Origin: the human T2T-CHM13v2.0 reference genome, Homo sapiens
Reading direction: 5' to 3' (one strand)
NCBI RefSeq assembly: GCF_009914755.1
Contig: NC_060929.1
DNA: 64,000 bases
Position 1 is the stretch's first letter. Each line of letters begins with the position of its first letter. Both the position numbers and the translations under genes were made by a program. Shown piece after piece: positions 40,745 through 59,399 of the stretch. The notes below the pieces were generated by a model. It was given only the letters and a program-made list of their open reading frames with translations. It was not told where the DNA came from and ran no database searches.

Positions 40745-40890
40745 CAATATAAATGTACTTTTCTTGGCATTAGCCTGGCACACTTGCAATGTGGCTTGTG
40801 AAAATGAAGCATTTATTTTTAAATATTGTTTAGTTACATTAATTTTAAATATTTATATGAGGCTTGTGACTCTTATTGGGCAGTGCATGT
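40745..40890. mobile_element. MER3-like hAT-Charlie remnant
   Basis: 'gcacacttgcaatgtggcttgtg...ttaattttaaat...tattgggcagtgca'. Confidence 0.55.
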
Positions 40891-41849
40891 CAAATGTCTC
40901 ACTTTGTAATATCATTAATTACCTAAGGAGATGTCATTTATATCCTGACCCCCTCTCTTAGCTTTTCTAAATTTCTTTTGTCTCAGTTATTCCTTATAAG
41001 CCAACACATTTCTTTTAATATGTGCTTTATAAAACTCATTTAACCATTCTCTTTCAAAGTTCCCAAACCTGAATGCTGGGGACAATGATACCTATTATTA
41101 AATCTGAATTCAATTACTTCATAAGAGATTGTAAGAATTGATCATATGATGTTTGGAAAGCAGAATTGGGATGAAACATGTAATAGAACTGACAACTGAT
41201 AGCAGTAAGTTAAAAGATTTCCATGCATCTATTACTCTCTTAAACAAGTATCACGTAGAAAGTGGTGGTGGGGGGCAGGGAAGTTTGTGACACTATAGAC
41301 ACTACAATAACAACAACAAGCAACAGTTTATTAAAGAGTTCCCCAGTGCTTTAATCTACATATGTGCATAAATATTCTTTATAAATAGAGTCACCTGGCC
41401 TCCATTAGAGACTGCGCCTTTGCATCAACTTCCTGAGGTGTGACTGTCAATTCATTTTTTTTAGGGCAAATAACTCCTTTGTTTGTTTGTTCCACAGAGC
41501 ATAATTTTCCCTCTGCTGGATACAAATTAATTGTGCTCAATTTTTATCTATGTATTGTTTCTTTCTCTGTCTAGTGTGTCTAGATGATTTAAGGTTTCAT
41601 AGGAGACACACTCCAAGAGAAGTATTCTGCATTGAGATTCAAGTACTCACTCGGGACTGGGAAGAAAAATTACCTGTGCTGGCTTTAGTATAGTGTGGAA
41701 ATATCTATCAACATCTATAACTATATTCACAAAAAAGCTAGTAAATTTGACATTAATTTATTCAATCTACAGATACTGCCTAAATATCCACTGAGACTGG
41801 GCAACGTGGTATGTTGTAGGTATAAAACACTGAATAAAGCTGGCACTGA

Positions 41850-42217
<368 letters not shown>

Positions 42218-42563
42218 AAAAACGCAATAGGTTTTATTTCAGTTTGAGGAACTGGTTACTTTGGAGATGCCATTTTATGAAAGTGATCATATGTGTTTGC
42301 TTTCAATTGAATGATGTTGGGGTTTTGATTCTGCCATGCAAGTGTCTGCTTTCTTTAGGGGGGTGTGTTATTTGAATTTCTTTTTGCTTAATTAAAAAAA
42401 AAAAAAAGGAAAGCAAAGAGAAAAGAAAAGACGCTTAACTCTTTGATGTTCCAAAACGGCCCATGCCTTGATGATGTTAGGAACATGCCATGATGTTCCT
42501 AAACGGTCTCCTTTAGTAGTTAGTTCAAATCATTGGCATTATTATGCTTAAAAGTTCAGGCAA

Positions 42564-42859
<296 letters not shown>

Positions 42860-43741
42860 TATTAGGTCAGGCCATAGAGATAATGCCACAATGTCTGGCT
42901 CTTTCTGAAGCGGTCACTTCCCTCACTCGTGAAATAAAGCTTGGTGGATAAGAAAGTAGAAACTCCGTGTAAGGTTTCAATACCATTTTTCAACATTTGT
43001 CTGCCAATAGAATTTTGATGGTATACTGAATAACAATAACTCAGAATTAAATGCTAAATATTTATATTTATTTCTATCATATACCATAATTCATGTATGT
43101 AAACCTGCAAATTAGTTATTTTGCTTGACTATTTTGTACAAACTAACATATTTGAGTATAAATCTCATTTCCAAAAAAATGAGAAAGAGATATTTGATTT
43201 TGTATTTTAGTTTCAAGAGAATCATCATTGTTTGAATTGCTTCAGAGTAATTCTTTTCTTAGTACAGAGACATCCCTTATACACTAGTTAATTGTAGGCT
43301 GTGAAAGTGAAAGTCATTTCTTTACCAAAGTGTCTCAAGTACTGTTATTCGAATCTAGAAATATTAAAACGTTAAATAAATGTCATCATTGAAATATTTA
43401 ATACAAATAGGAACACAATGGTTGTTGAACACAGAGTAATTTTTGGAACCGTATTTGGTACTGAAGACAAGATGACGCATCTAGCAGTGAGTAAAATATG
43501 TTAATCATGACTTAGGAGATACCACAGCATCTAAATCATAATGTATATAATATCACATCCTTTATATATTTTGTAATTTATATGGGGGAAATTAAAATTA
43601 AAAATGAGTACAATTACTTTACAAAGCTATTCTGATTATTTCAACTGAAGAACACAGGTATTGATAAAGATGCTATGACTCAGAGGAGTTGACTAGTATT
43701 AACATTCCCAAAAGTTACCACCCTCCAATATTTTAACTTCT

Positions 43742-43817
43742 CAATTATGAATTTGCTCCTTTAATGGAGCAATTATGAATTTGCTCCTTTAATGGAACAA
43801 TTATGAATTTGCTCCTT
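43742..43817. repeat. 28-bp tandem repeat, 2.7 copies, near perfect
   Basis: caattatgaatttgctcctttaatgga(g/a) at 43742, 43770 and 43798. Confidence 0.96.
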
Positions 43818-44001
43818 GAATTGATGGTATTGGTTGCAGGAAAGCTGGCTGTTGAAGTGTCATCTGATCATTTACATCAGAACGTGAGGTGTTTTTGAGA
43901 GAGAAAATTGTTTGGCCTATCTGTCTGCTTCATTGGCTTTTGCTACAGAAAGAGAATGCTCTTCTCAGTTAACGTCATTAACAGATGACCCTCGTTTCTT
44001 T

Positions 44002-44214
44002 CTTTCTTTTTCTTTTTTGAGACAGAGTCTCCCGCTGTCGTCCAAGCTGGAGTGCAGTGGTGCGCTCGGCTCCCTGAAAGCTCCGCCTCCCGGGTTCACG
44101 CCATTCTCCTGCCTCAGCCTCCCTAGTAGCTGGGACTACAGGCACCCACCACCACGCCCAGCTAATTTTTGGTATTTTTAGTAGAGACGGGGTTTCACCG
44201 TGTTAGCCAGGATG
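44002..44214 (-). mobile_element. 5'-truncated AluY
   Basis: Ends at 'gttagccaggatg'. TSD agat(g/a)accctc(g/t)tttcttt at 43983 and 44215. Confidence 0.92.
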
Positions 44215-46715
44215 AGATAACCCTCTTTTCTTTGGGGCCAAACTCCTCAGAAGGAGGATGGAGGCAGTCCTGCGAGGGTCCAGCACTGGTCTAGGTGGAC
44301 ATCGTGCTGTTTAACATATTTTATCTTCGTTTCCTTTTTACACAGCAATCTCGTGAGTGCTGTATCACTATATTGATTTTACATATGAAAAAATTGATGT
44401 GTATAATGATAACTAATTTGTAGGAAACAATAAAAATTAACATCAGGATTTTAGTACAAGTATGTAATTCCAAAAGCATTTTGGTATTAATGATGCCAAA
44501 CACCGGGTGCTAACGAGTCTGATTCTAAGGTATTCATTGCTGTTGAACTGAGTGGAAATCCTGCGACAATCATGAGTAGTTAGATTTTAGCATTAATTTG
44601 GGTCTTTGAGGGGAAATTACACTGTTCTCAATGCTTTGGGTCTTATTTAGCCTGAAGCTGTCCTAGTAAAAATTCAGTAACAAAGGGGTTGCAATAACTT
44701 TGCAATACACATAAAAACAATAAGAAAAGATATCTTACCTTAATTTTCCTACAGTATCCAGAAATATTGACCCACTAAGAACCTTCTGGAAAAGATTGCA
44801 CATACTACAAGTTGGCTGAGTGGCAACAATGGTTCAGCAAATGGGCATGCTGTCTACACTCTATGTTTTATGGACATTCACCATTAACTGAATTCTGTTA
44901 CCTTAGGGGTATTTTAATTTTGAATATACATTCAAAATTTTATTAGAAAATAATCTAATGTTAATGTCTTGAATAAAACACAAAGAGAAACCATAAAATA
45001 TAAATCATTTTCAAATATAGGCTGATACCAACAACTTTATTAGTTTGCTTATATTATGTAGCTTTCTTTGACAATTGTCATGTATAGATTTCTTTTAATA
45101 TTGCTAGATCTTATAAACATAGCCCTTACTTATTGCATAATAGAAGATATGTTGTAGAGCCATACTTAGGCCATTTTACATACAATCATACTTAACAGTG
45201 ACAAATGCCAACTTCAGTTTCTCCTGAGCAGGTATCATATTGTCAGCCTCAAAAAATACAGTCACAACAGAATATTACGGCCACACTGAAAGCTGTTAAA
45301 ACTTTTCTTTCTTATTTCAGGTACCTCTATACAGCTACCATATAGACACTGAACCATGAAACACACTAAATATATACTCAGTTAATTATATCTACATGAG
45401 TAGATATATTCAGTTAATATGTGATGAAAAATAAAAACATGATGAATGACATATATAAGTATATATTTAGAGAGATTATTTTAATGTATCCTTAAAATTA
45501 CTTAAATGTCTGGATGTAGGATTTTATTTTGAAGGACAGATTCAGCATGTAGCCATTAAAGATCAGGCAATAAAAATATTAAAGTTGTACTGTGGATAGC
45601 ATTTATTAAAGACAAATATGAAAAAAAAACATTAAATTATCTCTGACTCTTGAAGAATCAGTATGAGAAAAGGAGAGAGAAAAAGGTGTGAGCCAGCCAG
45701 CCCTAGGTTGTGACCCCAATCACTGAAGCAAAATTGGCCTTCTAGATAGACACTAAAAAAACCAACATAATATGGTGGTACAGTTGCAAAACGTTCCAAT
45801 ATCTGAATTCCATAAAGCATCATAAGTGTTTTATTGTTTTCGTTCAGAAAAAGATGGACTGTAGCTTCTAATGATTGATGGCTAAAGGCACAAAGTGGAT
45901 ATCTTTGCAAAATGAGGGATGAAATAGCACAAAGGAAATAGCTAGATCTAAAATGTAGCATCTATAAAAATATATTTGTCCATTTAATAACATTTTGATG
46001 GATGGGTCAAAATTGTGTTAGAAATTCATCTTTGAACTTATTTGGCACCACAACTAAGTACTGCAAATTTGGGTTCAAATTTATTTTCAAGTATCTATAG
46101 TTATATGACTTAGGGAGGTATTTAAAGATCCTAAACTTCATTTCTCTCATTTATGAACTGAATTAATAATAAGTACCTCAATGGACTGTTTGACAGAAAA
46201 TAACATTTGCTTTCTAAAAAATACTTCTTATGGTTGTAAAGATTCAAAATAATTTCATGTATCTTAATAGCTCATTATCTGTTGGATAGTAAAATGTTAA
46301 TAAATGCCAACTCATTGTACTTAACCACGGTTTTTAGCACGTAATTTTGTTGTTATGCAGTGGCCTCATTTTTACCTAAAGCATGAAAACAAACTTAAGA
46401 GGAAAACTACAGCGAGTTAATTTTAGGCACACAACAGATAGGTATTAGTTAGGTGAGAAGTTAAGGTATTATTTTTGAAATATTTTTTCTTTCTTTGGTC
46501 TGTATGAAATTATTTTTGCTCCTTCACTCAACTTCTGGTGCTTAACACAAATCTATCTGCTTTCCAAGATGACAGAGATAAAGGCTTTTAAACAAAATTA
46601 AAAATGGAGTTAACAGATAATATTTCAAAAAGGAACAGGATTATACTGATTAACTATGGACAATTAGTCTACACCATCCAATATAAATTCTCTATAGCTT
46701 CATATTAATATGACC

Positions 46716-47124
46716 TGCTATGGGCTGAATTATGTAACCCCTAAATTTATATGTTGAAATCCTAATTCTCAGTACCTCAGAATATATTGTATTTGGAGAC
46801 AGGACCTTTAAAGAGGTGAGTAAATTAAAGTGAGGTTCTTAGGGTGATCCCTAATCCAGCCTCAAATCTGTAGGTGTAGGAAGAGGAGATTAGGATACAC
46901 AGAGAAACACAGGCCATGAGCAGGCACAGAGAAAAGGCCATGTGAGAACACAGTGAGAAGGTGTCCATTTGCCCGCCAAGTAGAGAAGGCACAAAAGAAA
47001 AAATACCCGTCAGTATCTTGATTTTAATCTAGTCTAGTTTCAAGAACTGTGAGAAAATAAATGTATTTTGCTTAAGTCACACAGCCTGTGGTATGTTGTT
47101 ATAGCAGTCCTAGTACAGTAATAT
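46716..47124 (+). mobile_element. MLT1B-type MaLR solo LTR
   Basis: 'tgctatgggctgaatt...gtatttggagacaggacctttaaagagg...gaactgtgagaaaataaatg'. Confidence 0.88.
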
Positions 47125-49929
47125 ATGACCCATACAAATGCTATCAAAAGGTTGGAGGAAGAGGTGGAGCCTCATGGGGAAGAAACTGTATGTGTCCTTG
47201 TTGGGAATGCAGTGATATTTTGGAGGGGGTGGGAGCAGAGGATAGAAAGATGGAAGGGTCATTGCATCAACCAATTTAAATTGTACCCCCACCTGCATGG
47301 TTGTCTCAAGGGGTCCCACTTTTAGCCTCCTCATCCACCTTACTATATATTTAACTTTTAAAATTTGTATTGTCTTCCTACCCCCTAAAACAAGGAAGGC
47401 ATTGATTTTAACTTGCTTTTCTGTGTAATTTCCTTTTCAATGATGTGTGCTCAGTCTTAGAAAATGTCTGGGACTTAATAAAATCTCAAATAAATAAGTA
47501 AATAAAATAAATGAGAGTCTCCAGAGAGAAGAATATCTACAAGGGTGGCCCTGAGAGTCAAAAAACAATTGTGGGAGCTGTATAGGTTAGAGACCTCTTC
47601 CCGTTCAACAAAAGTAGGATCAATATTAACTAAAGGAGAATGGCTTGAGGTAAAGTTATTGTGCAAAATATTTTTACGGATTAGCTAGCAGAATGAAATT
47701 GTATCTTACTCTTTCTTGTGTTAATGATATATAAGGACATTTATACTATAAATATAATAATTAAAAATGAAAGATAATATGTAGAACAATTAAATTGTCA
47801 ATTTAAAAAGTTATTACATTAATTTTTTGCCAGTCTATGTATTTTAATATTGAACACTAAGCTGTGCTAAAATAAAATATGTAGTATTTATGTTCACTAG
47901 TTCTCCAAAATTAATACAATTGAGAGAAAATATTGAACATGAAATTACTAGAGGTTAACCAAGTCATTAGCCAACATTAGCCAAATACCAAATAGAGCAG
48001 AATTATCTCTGGGCAATATAAAATTTCGAGAATATGTCATCAGAGAAGTGAGACAATACCTTCTGTAACTTCACAGCAGTGACAACTGGCATTTTTCTTA
48101 ACATTTATTTATATAAATACTGAGACTTTACATTGGAAAAGATGAGGAGATCATGGAACATACCTATATAGGGGAGACTAGACATAGATTATGTATAATG
48201 AATGAATGGAAGGCTTTTTGTTTTTTTAACTGCAGAAGAGTGGTATAGAATCCTGGATAGTAACTGGCTAATTCATGGAAGACATTGGCTTTCACAGTGA
48301 AGGGCCAGAGTCACTGTAGCTGTTAGGTAATGGATGCCAATCATGGTGATGTCTTACAGAAACACCAATATGACAGCATTGTATGATCAATAGGAAGAGT
48401 TTCTATAGAAGGAAATGGGTAAGAAAATAAACATCTCTCACATAAAGATGAACAGGAGGAATGGAGCTTGAAGCTTAAGGGGTGCAATTAGGAACACCTA
48501 GTGACAGAAGCAATAAACGTGATGTCCCTGAATATTACAAAGAGGAAGCAATATAAACAGCCACTTCAAACAACACTGGCTTTACTCTGTTTTATAAATC
48601 CAACACCAGTTATGTGTGCATAACTATACTGTAGGCTAGGCTATATTGTAACTACAGTGTGGACTGTTTTTTTCTCCACAGCTATCAACACCTTAGTAAA
48701 CTGTTTTCTTTCATTTCCCATGCTCCTACAAGTCATTCAATTCCTTCCCTACCTGTGCTATTGCAACAATTAATTTTTCATCCAAATAGGAACATCTCTA
48801 TTAATAACCATACTGAGCCAGCAGGAGAATTCTACCCAAATTGTATTTGCCTTACCTGCCGTTTTTGACACAAACTATCTAAAAATCCCTTAAAAAAACT
48901 CTTGTTAAATGCAGAGATATTGTAATATTAGTGATATTTCTTTTTCTACATTTTAGCTGCATTAATTCTGCCATAGAATATAGCTAATATAAAGTAGCCT
49001 TGGGTTTTAAATATTGCGTTATGATAGAAAATATTGTATATCTTATCATAATTTTATGTTTTTATGTTCTGAGTTAGTATTAAGTCCACTTGGAGGACAT
49101 AATGTTCAAACCAAAATTCTATCCAAATATAAGCCATTGAAGTACTTTAAAATTAAAGCTTGAGTATAATTTGTCACTGTCCATATGCTGGGAAAACATA
49201 CTGAACATACATCAAAGAAATATTTTTTCCAGGAATAATTTTCAGAGCTTTCAAAAGCTGATAGAATCCTTGCTTCATTTGCAAATTGCTAAAGAGATCC
49301 TTTGGACTATTGAAATGCGGAATATCTAGCATTTGTTTTCTTTTTGGTTTGTTTTATTTGGTCTCAGTTTTCCAGATGCCTTTATTACCTGCAAGGATGG
49401 AGAATAATTTCTAGCTGATCAACTGGCATAAAATGCCTTGCTTAATTTACTATTGTATTGCAATGCTCTTTTGCGTGAATCTTTCATTTGCTGTTATACC
49501 AAAATGCCTTTTTGGATACATATTTTCTTAGAAACCAAAGAAAAGTGACAAGTTACTGAAAACAAGTTGACAAGCCATATAATTACAGAATATAATTTGT
49601 AATAAAACATAAACTTGTGAGCATAGTAATACGAAAATGTATAACTACTGTACAGAAAAGGGAAATGACTTTGCATGACTAGAGAAAGGATAATATCATT
49701 ATCAACAAGACTATAATACAGGAATTGATATATAAGTGACAATATCACAACCAGACAAGAATGACTTATGAGAAAAGGGATCTAAAATTTAAATTCAAGT
49801 CAATAAAAATTTTAAATATCAATACTATCAAAGGTAAATTATCTAACTTAAATATTTAGCAAGCAGTAAAGTTTTTAAAATTAAAAAAGTACAATAATAT
49901 AGAGAATTTTCCCTCCTTTTTAAAAAGCT

Positions 49930-50580
49930 TACTTTGGCAAAAACACTTAACATGAGATCTACCTACTGTAATAACAATACAGTATTCTCAACCATAGGCA
50001 AAATGTTGCATGACAGACCTCTATAACTTATTCAGCTTGTATAGCTGAACATTTCTACCCAAGGAACAACTCATTTCCCCCCTTCTCACAGCGCCTGGAA
50101 ACCAGCATTCTACTTTCCATTTTTGTGGTTTTGACAATTTAGATATCACATAAAAGTGAGATCATGCAGTGTTTATCCTGAGACTGACTTATTTCATCTA
50201 GTGTAATGTCAAAAGCCACCCATGTTGTCGCCTATAGCAGGATTTTCTTTTTTATAAGGCTAAATTGTATTCTGCTGGGCATATATACCACATTTTCTTT
50301 ATCCACTCATCTGTTGTTGGATACTTAGGTTGATTTCATCTCGTGTCTTTGTGAATAATGCTAAAATGGACATGGAAGTGCAAATACCTCTTTGACATCC
50401 TAATTTCCATTCTTTTGAATACACCCATAAGTGGGATTGATGGATCATATGAAAGTTTTATTCTCAATTTTTTTGATAAGCTTCCATAGTGTTTTCCATA
50501 CTAGCTATAATAACATTTTACATACCAACAACAGTGCACAGAATTCCAATTTCTCTGCATCCTTGCCAACACTTGTTTTC
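49930..50580 (-). mobile_element. L1MA/MB-type 3'-end fragment
   Basis: 'aacacttaacatgagatctacc...ataaaagtgagatcatgcagt...tctgcatccttgccaacacttgt'. Confidence 0.85.
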
Positions 50581-50652
50581 TTACACAGAGAACTATCAGA
50601 AGTTGCAGATATTTTAATATTATTTAATTCCTTGTTTGACTATATTAAGTAG

Positions 50653-50967
<315 letters not shown>

Positions 50968-52852
50968 TAGGTTTTCTTATATGTAATTTAATATCTACTC
51001 TTAAAAATTGTTTAGATTGCATTTAATCGAGAAATCCATAAAACACCAAAGCAGGATCACCTGTTATCAATAAAAACTAAATAATTCCCACAGATCAGTA
51101 TGTTCTGGACAAACTCTTTAGAGAGAACGATTGCCAAGCACCCTTTTGAAAATCTCCAAGAATGTCCTTGGTGGCTCTGAGTAATTCTGATCTAATAGTT
51201 CTGAGCTCCAGTCCCCATCCCTCACTTCCAAAATATCTACATGAAACAATACCCAAAACCTTCATAACAAGCAACATGAGAATCCTGTGACTTCTTCAGG
51301 CTAACCTAAAAGGCTCTCAGGAATCCTGATGCTAACTAGGATCTTGGGTGTCACAGAATTTGCAACCAAATGTGTTTCTAGTCTCTTCTTGATACAGATG
51401 GGAAAACGTTATGGCTCCCAGGCTTTTGTAAACTTTTGACTTACACACAATCACCTCATCAAACTAGTGATGTATGAAACATCAAAAGGGGGATATTTTA
51501 GATAAGTGGAGAAAAGAATGCTTTTTGATTTTCTCTTTCTCACTTTCTCTTTGATGTGTCTTTATACTATTTCCCATGGTATGAAATAGACTGCTATATA
51601 AACATTGCACAAATATACATCTAAATATAACTTTGTAGCAGAAATTGTAACTATATGAATATCCCATAAACAATCAATTTTCACTATTTATATTTTTAGT
51701 TAAATTTGTGTTTTACTTCTAATGATAAAGACATATTCTTATTTAAAATACAGAAACTATTACGAGGAACTTAACAAATCTCACTGAATTTCATAGGTGT
51801 AGTTGTTACACATAATTTAATAATCATTTACACATCTATGTATGTAATTATGAATCTATCATGTTCTGTTTATGAGAAGAGAGCTCCATCAGCACAAATA
51901 GTCTTGAACTTATTATTGCTTTTCATGCATTCATCCTCAAGGAAGGAAATGTCATTTAATCTCATTGGTGACTTGGAATGAACAACGTAGAGAGCATAGG
52001 TTGGTCTATGCTTCCCTCTTCTTTCTTGGAGCTAGCAGATCTGCACTGAGAATATTCTTTTAATTCTTCTCAGCCATGCTGTCCGTTTAAGCAGAATAAT
52101 TTATTCCTACTAGAGAGTCTATTGCGATTTGCCACATAATTGGTAAATCTCTCCAAATTAGAGACTCTAAAATGTGAGCATGTCAGCTAGATTATAGGAA
52201 TTAGCAACATTCTGTAATGGCATCTTTCTCAGAAATAAGCATGGTCTTTTGCATAGTCTTTTATCCACAATTTTGCCATATGTGTATCTTGCAATTGGCT
52301 TACAATCAGACTGGGAATGTATTTTTAGATCAGAGAAGCCATATAATAACATTACTAATATATCCACATACGCCCCTTACATATGAAAACCGAGGCATGC
52401 ATAACTTAAATAATATGGCCAAGTATACAGCAGGAGTAAGTGCAAGAACTTATATTCAACTTGTATTCCCCCTTTGTAGATAAAACCTACTTCACATAAC
52501 CCATATCTTATATATGATATTCAATTTTTATAATAATTTGATATTATAACAATATTAGCTGAAAACTCATATGAGTCTTCTTTTCATTTTGATATTTTGT
52601 ACATTGCTGAAAGCTACAGTTATCCCAATAATTATTTTACCTATAGAAAACACAAAATCCCCAAATTATGTTTATTTTGGGGCATGCCACTGTCATTGTC
52701 TTCTCTCTGTCTCTCTCTCCTCTATGTGTGTGGGTATGTGTGTATATATAATCAACCTTATTCATACATTATGTATTTTGGTATCTCAGAAGTTCTGCAC
52801 CTCTTTTCCATGAGTTAGATACTTAATTGGTTTTGCCTTGAATCCTATAAAC

Positions 52853-52994
52853 CAGGGGTCAGCAAACTATTTATATAAAGGACCCGAGAGTAAATATCTT
52901 CAGCTTTATGGGTCATGGTCTTATTTATAGCTACTCAAACTACTGCCATTGTAGGCAGCCATAGACATGTAAGAATGGATATAAAAGTTTATGG
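52853..52994. mobile_element. MER58A-like hAT-Charlie remnant (L1 target site)
   Basis: 'caggggtcagcaaacta...gtaaatatcttcagctttatggg...gcagccatagaca'. Confidence 0.8.
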
Positions 52995-56982
<3,988 letters not shown>

Positions 56983-59399
56983 AAAGTTTGTGGCAAGAAC
57001 TGCCATAAACATGTATATAACATAAAGATATATATAACATAAACACATATATAAACATATATAACCTGCCTCACATATGATGAAGATACTCTTATATTGT
57101 AGGGTAGGTTTTAAATCATGATGGGGTGGTTAGGGTCATAAATCCCACATCAGTAGACTCTGAACTTATTGCATGGTCTTTATCTAAAAATTAGGAATGC
57201 TAATAGTTGCTATATGATAGAATTTTTGTAAAGATAAAAATGAATCAATATAAATGAAATATTTAGCATATCTTAGACACATTAATGTGCTATATAAGTA
57301 CATTCAGCTAAAATACCACTATAATCAATTATAATTATTATTATTCAGATTTCATGCTTAATATCTTATTCCTGTGTTCTATTTACTAAGTATAATCAGC
57401 TGTGAGATTCTACTATTAAGTTTCATAGATTTATTTGCTTTTGATCAATCCACAGAGCTTTACATTACTTAAAATTTCATTGACATTGTTTGCAGACAAA
57501 CAAATTTAAATACATCACGTTAATAATTTCACAATTTGGTCTCTGACATTGATGTGTAAAACCCAGAAATGCCCCGTTAGCTTTACTCTCCTTGTTCACA
57601 ATAGAAACAAACTTGAATTTATAAATTTTCCATAAATTAGCCATTTTTTATACCCAATCTCCATTGAATAAGAAGTGGTATAATTTATAATGATTATTTT
57701 TTGAAGCTTTACAAGAATGCAGAACAGTATTAATTTTCACAGTTACAAAATGATTAATTTATTGTTATAGCAATAAACAGCCAAAATATACTTAGTCTCT
57801 AAAGCAAAATACTATTAATATACAATCTAAATGAACTTACATCCATTTATTTTTTGAAATTGCAATGGCAAAATTTATTGTAGATAAATGTAATACTTGT
57901 ATTTATTTGTCAAAGTATTTTTAAAGAAAGATAAAATAATATCTGAGAGTAGAAAATAACACCATAATATGCAAAAGTTGTGTCATATTCACCATCTTAT
58001 TTCACACACTTTCATATTACAACACAATGACAGTGAGAATGGTACCAAATAATTATTGAATTATTTATTATACAAGTTGAAAATTTGAAAAAGTTTTTAA
58101 AAATGTAAATATCACTTTTCAAAACAGGAAACTTTATGATTTAACAATGTCAAACAAGAGAAATTATAGAAAAAAACTATTCATTTTTATGTTTAAATGA
58201 TTATATATGATTTCAGATAGATTATCTTTATCCAATGGTCCCTATCTCTTAACTTCCAATAATTTTATTTTTCTGAGGTATTTTACATGCTTGAGAACTC
58301 AATTCATATATATTTATAATTTCTAGCTAAAATTTTCTTATAACTCACTATTCAGTGCATAAATGAAGAGACAGTGAATATTATTTTCCCCTTCTTATAG
58401 ATGAGAATGCTGCAAACTTGAAAAATTATGTAATATGCCCAAGGAGAACAAACGTTTTGTAGCTGATGAAGACGGGTCTGGAATATAGGTCTTTGAGTCT
58501 AATGCAGTGCTTTCAACTACTACCTATATTTCTTTTTAGAGAAAAATACAGTATATAGATTGTACTATTTCAAGGAAAAATTTACAATGATGACATATTT
58601 ACTTATATGAATTAAAAATTGCTCCAATTGTAAGTCAGTGAACATACCTTATTTTGGTTCAGCACTTTTTTTATTTCAGGTTACACTGATCTCACATTCC
58701 ATTTACAATAAAATTTATTGCAATATTTTGAGAAAAATGAAACTGAAACATATACTCACCATTGGATATGAGTATATGTTTCTTCAACAAATCCAGCAAT
58801 AGGGGTATGATATTTAGTATTTCTATCATGATTATTATCCAGAATGATATTCATACAATAAGGACTTACTGAAAAATCTTTGGAAACACATACACAAATA
58901 TATGTGATATATATTAGATCTAACGGTATATGAGGTGGCATAGGTGTCTTACTATATTATGCTAATATAATCAAGAAACTGAATAAACAAGTTTGTGAAT
59001 GTCATAGGATAAAGATAGTGTGGCTTAGTAGTGTTTGATGGCTATCATAATCTATATGCTCCCAAGATGCAATGCTTTTTCAGTGGGGACATTTGATAAG
59101 CCTCACTTTTGCTCAATGATTTATTTATACACATTTGTATCACATTTTAGAAGCATATATATACATTCAAAAGGTGTTCCCTGTGACATAGAATATGTTA
59201 ATGAAAGGGTTTTGTTGTTGTTATTTTTTAAATAACTAAAAGGCGTTCTCACTGCTGGTATAGACGAACATTTGTGTGCCTTTCTTCTTGTCAACTCATT
59301 TCAACTCACCAACTTCCTGATGCAGTAACTAAGTTGATTATAATAATAAGTAACTCAGCAGTTAAATCTGAAGATCTACAATACAGTGTTAAGGTTTAC

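Noticed and set aside
43742-43817. CRISPR-like 28-bp repeats
   Set aside because: Head-to-tail with no spacers, in eukaryotic DNA.
44346-44352. Possible 7-nt microexon (ttcctttttacacag|CAATCTC|gtgagt)
   Set aside because: Not frame-preserving, no host gene is evident, and such motif pairs occur by chance.
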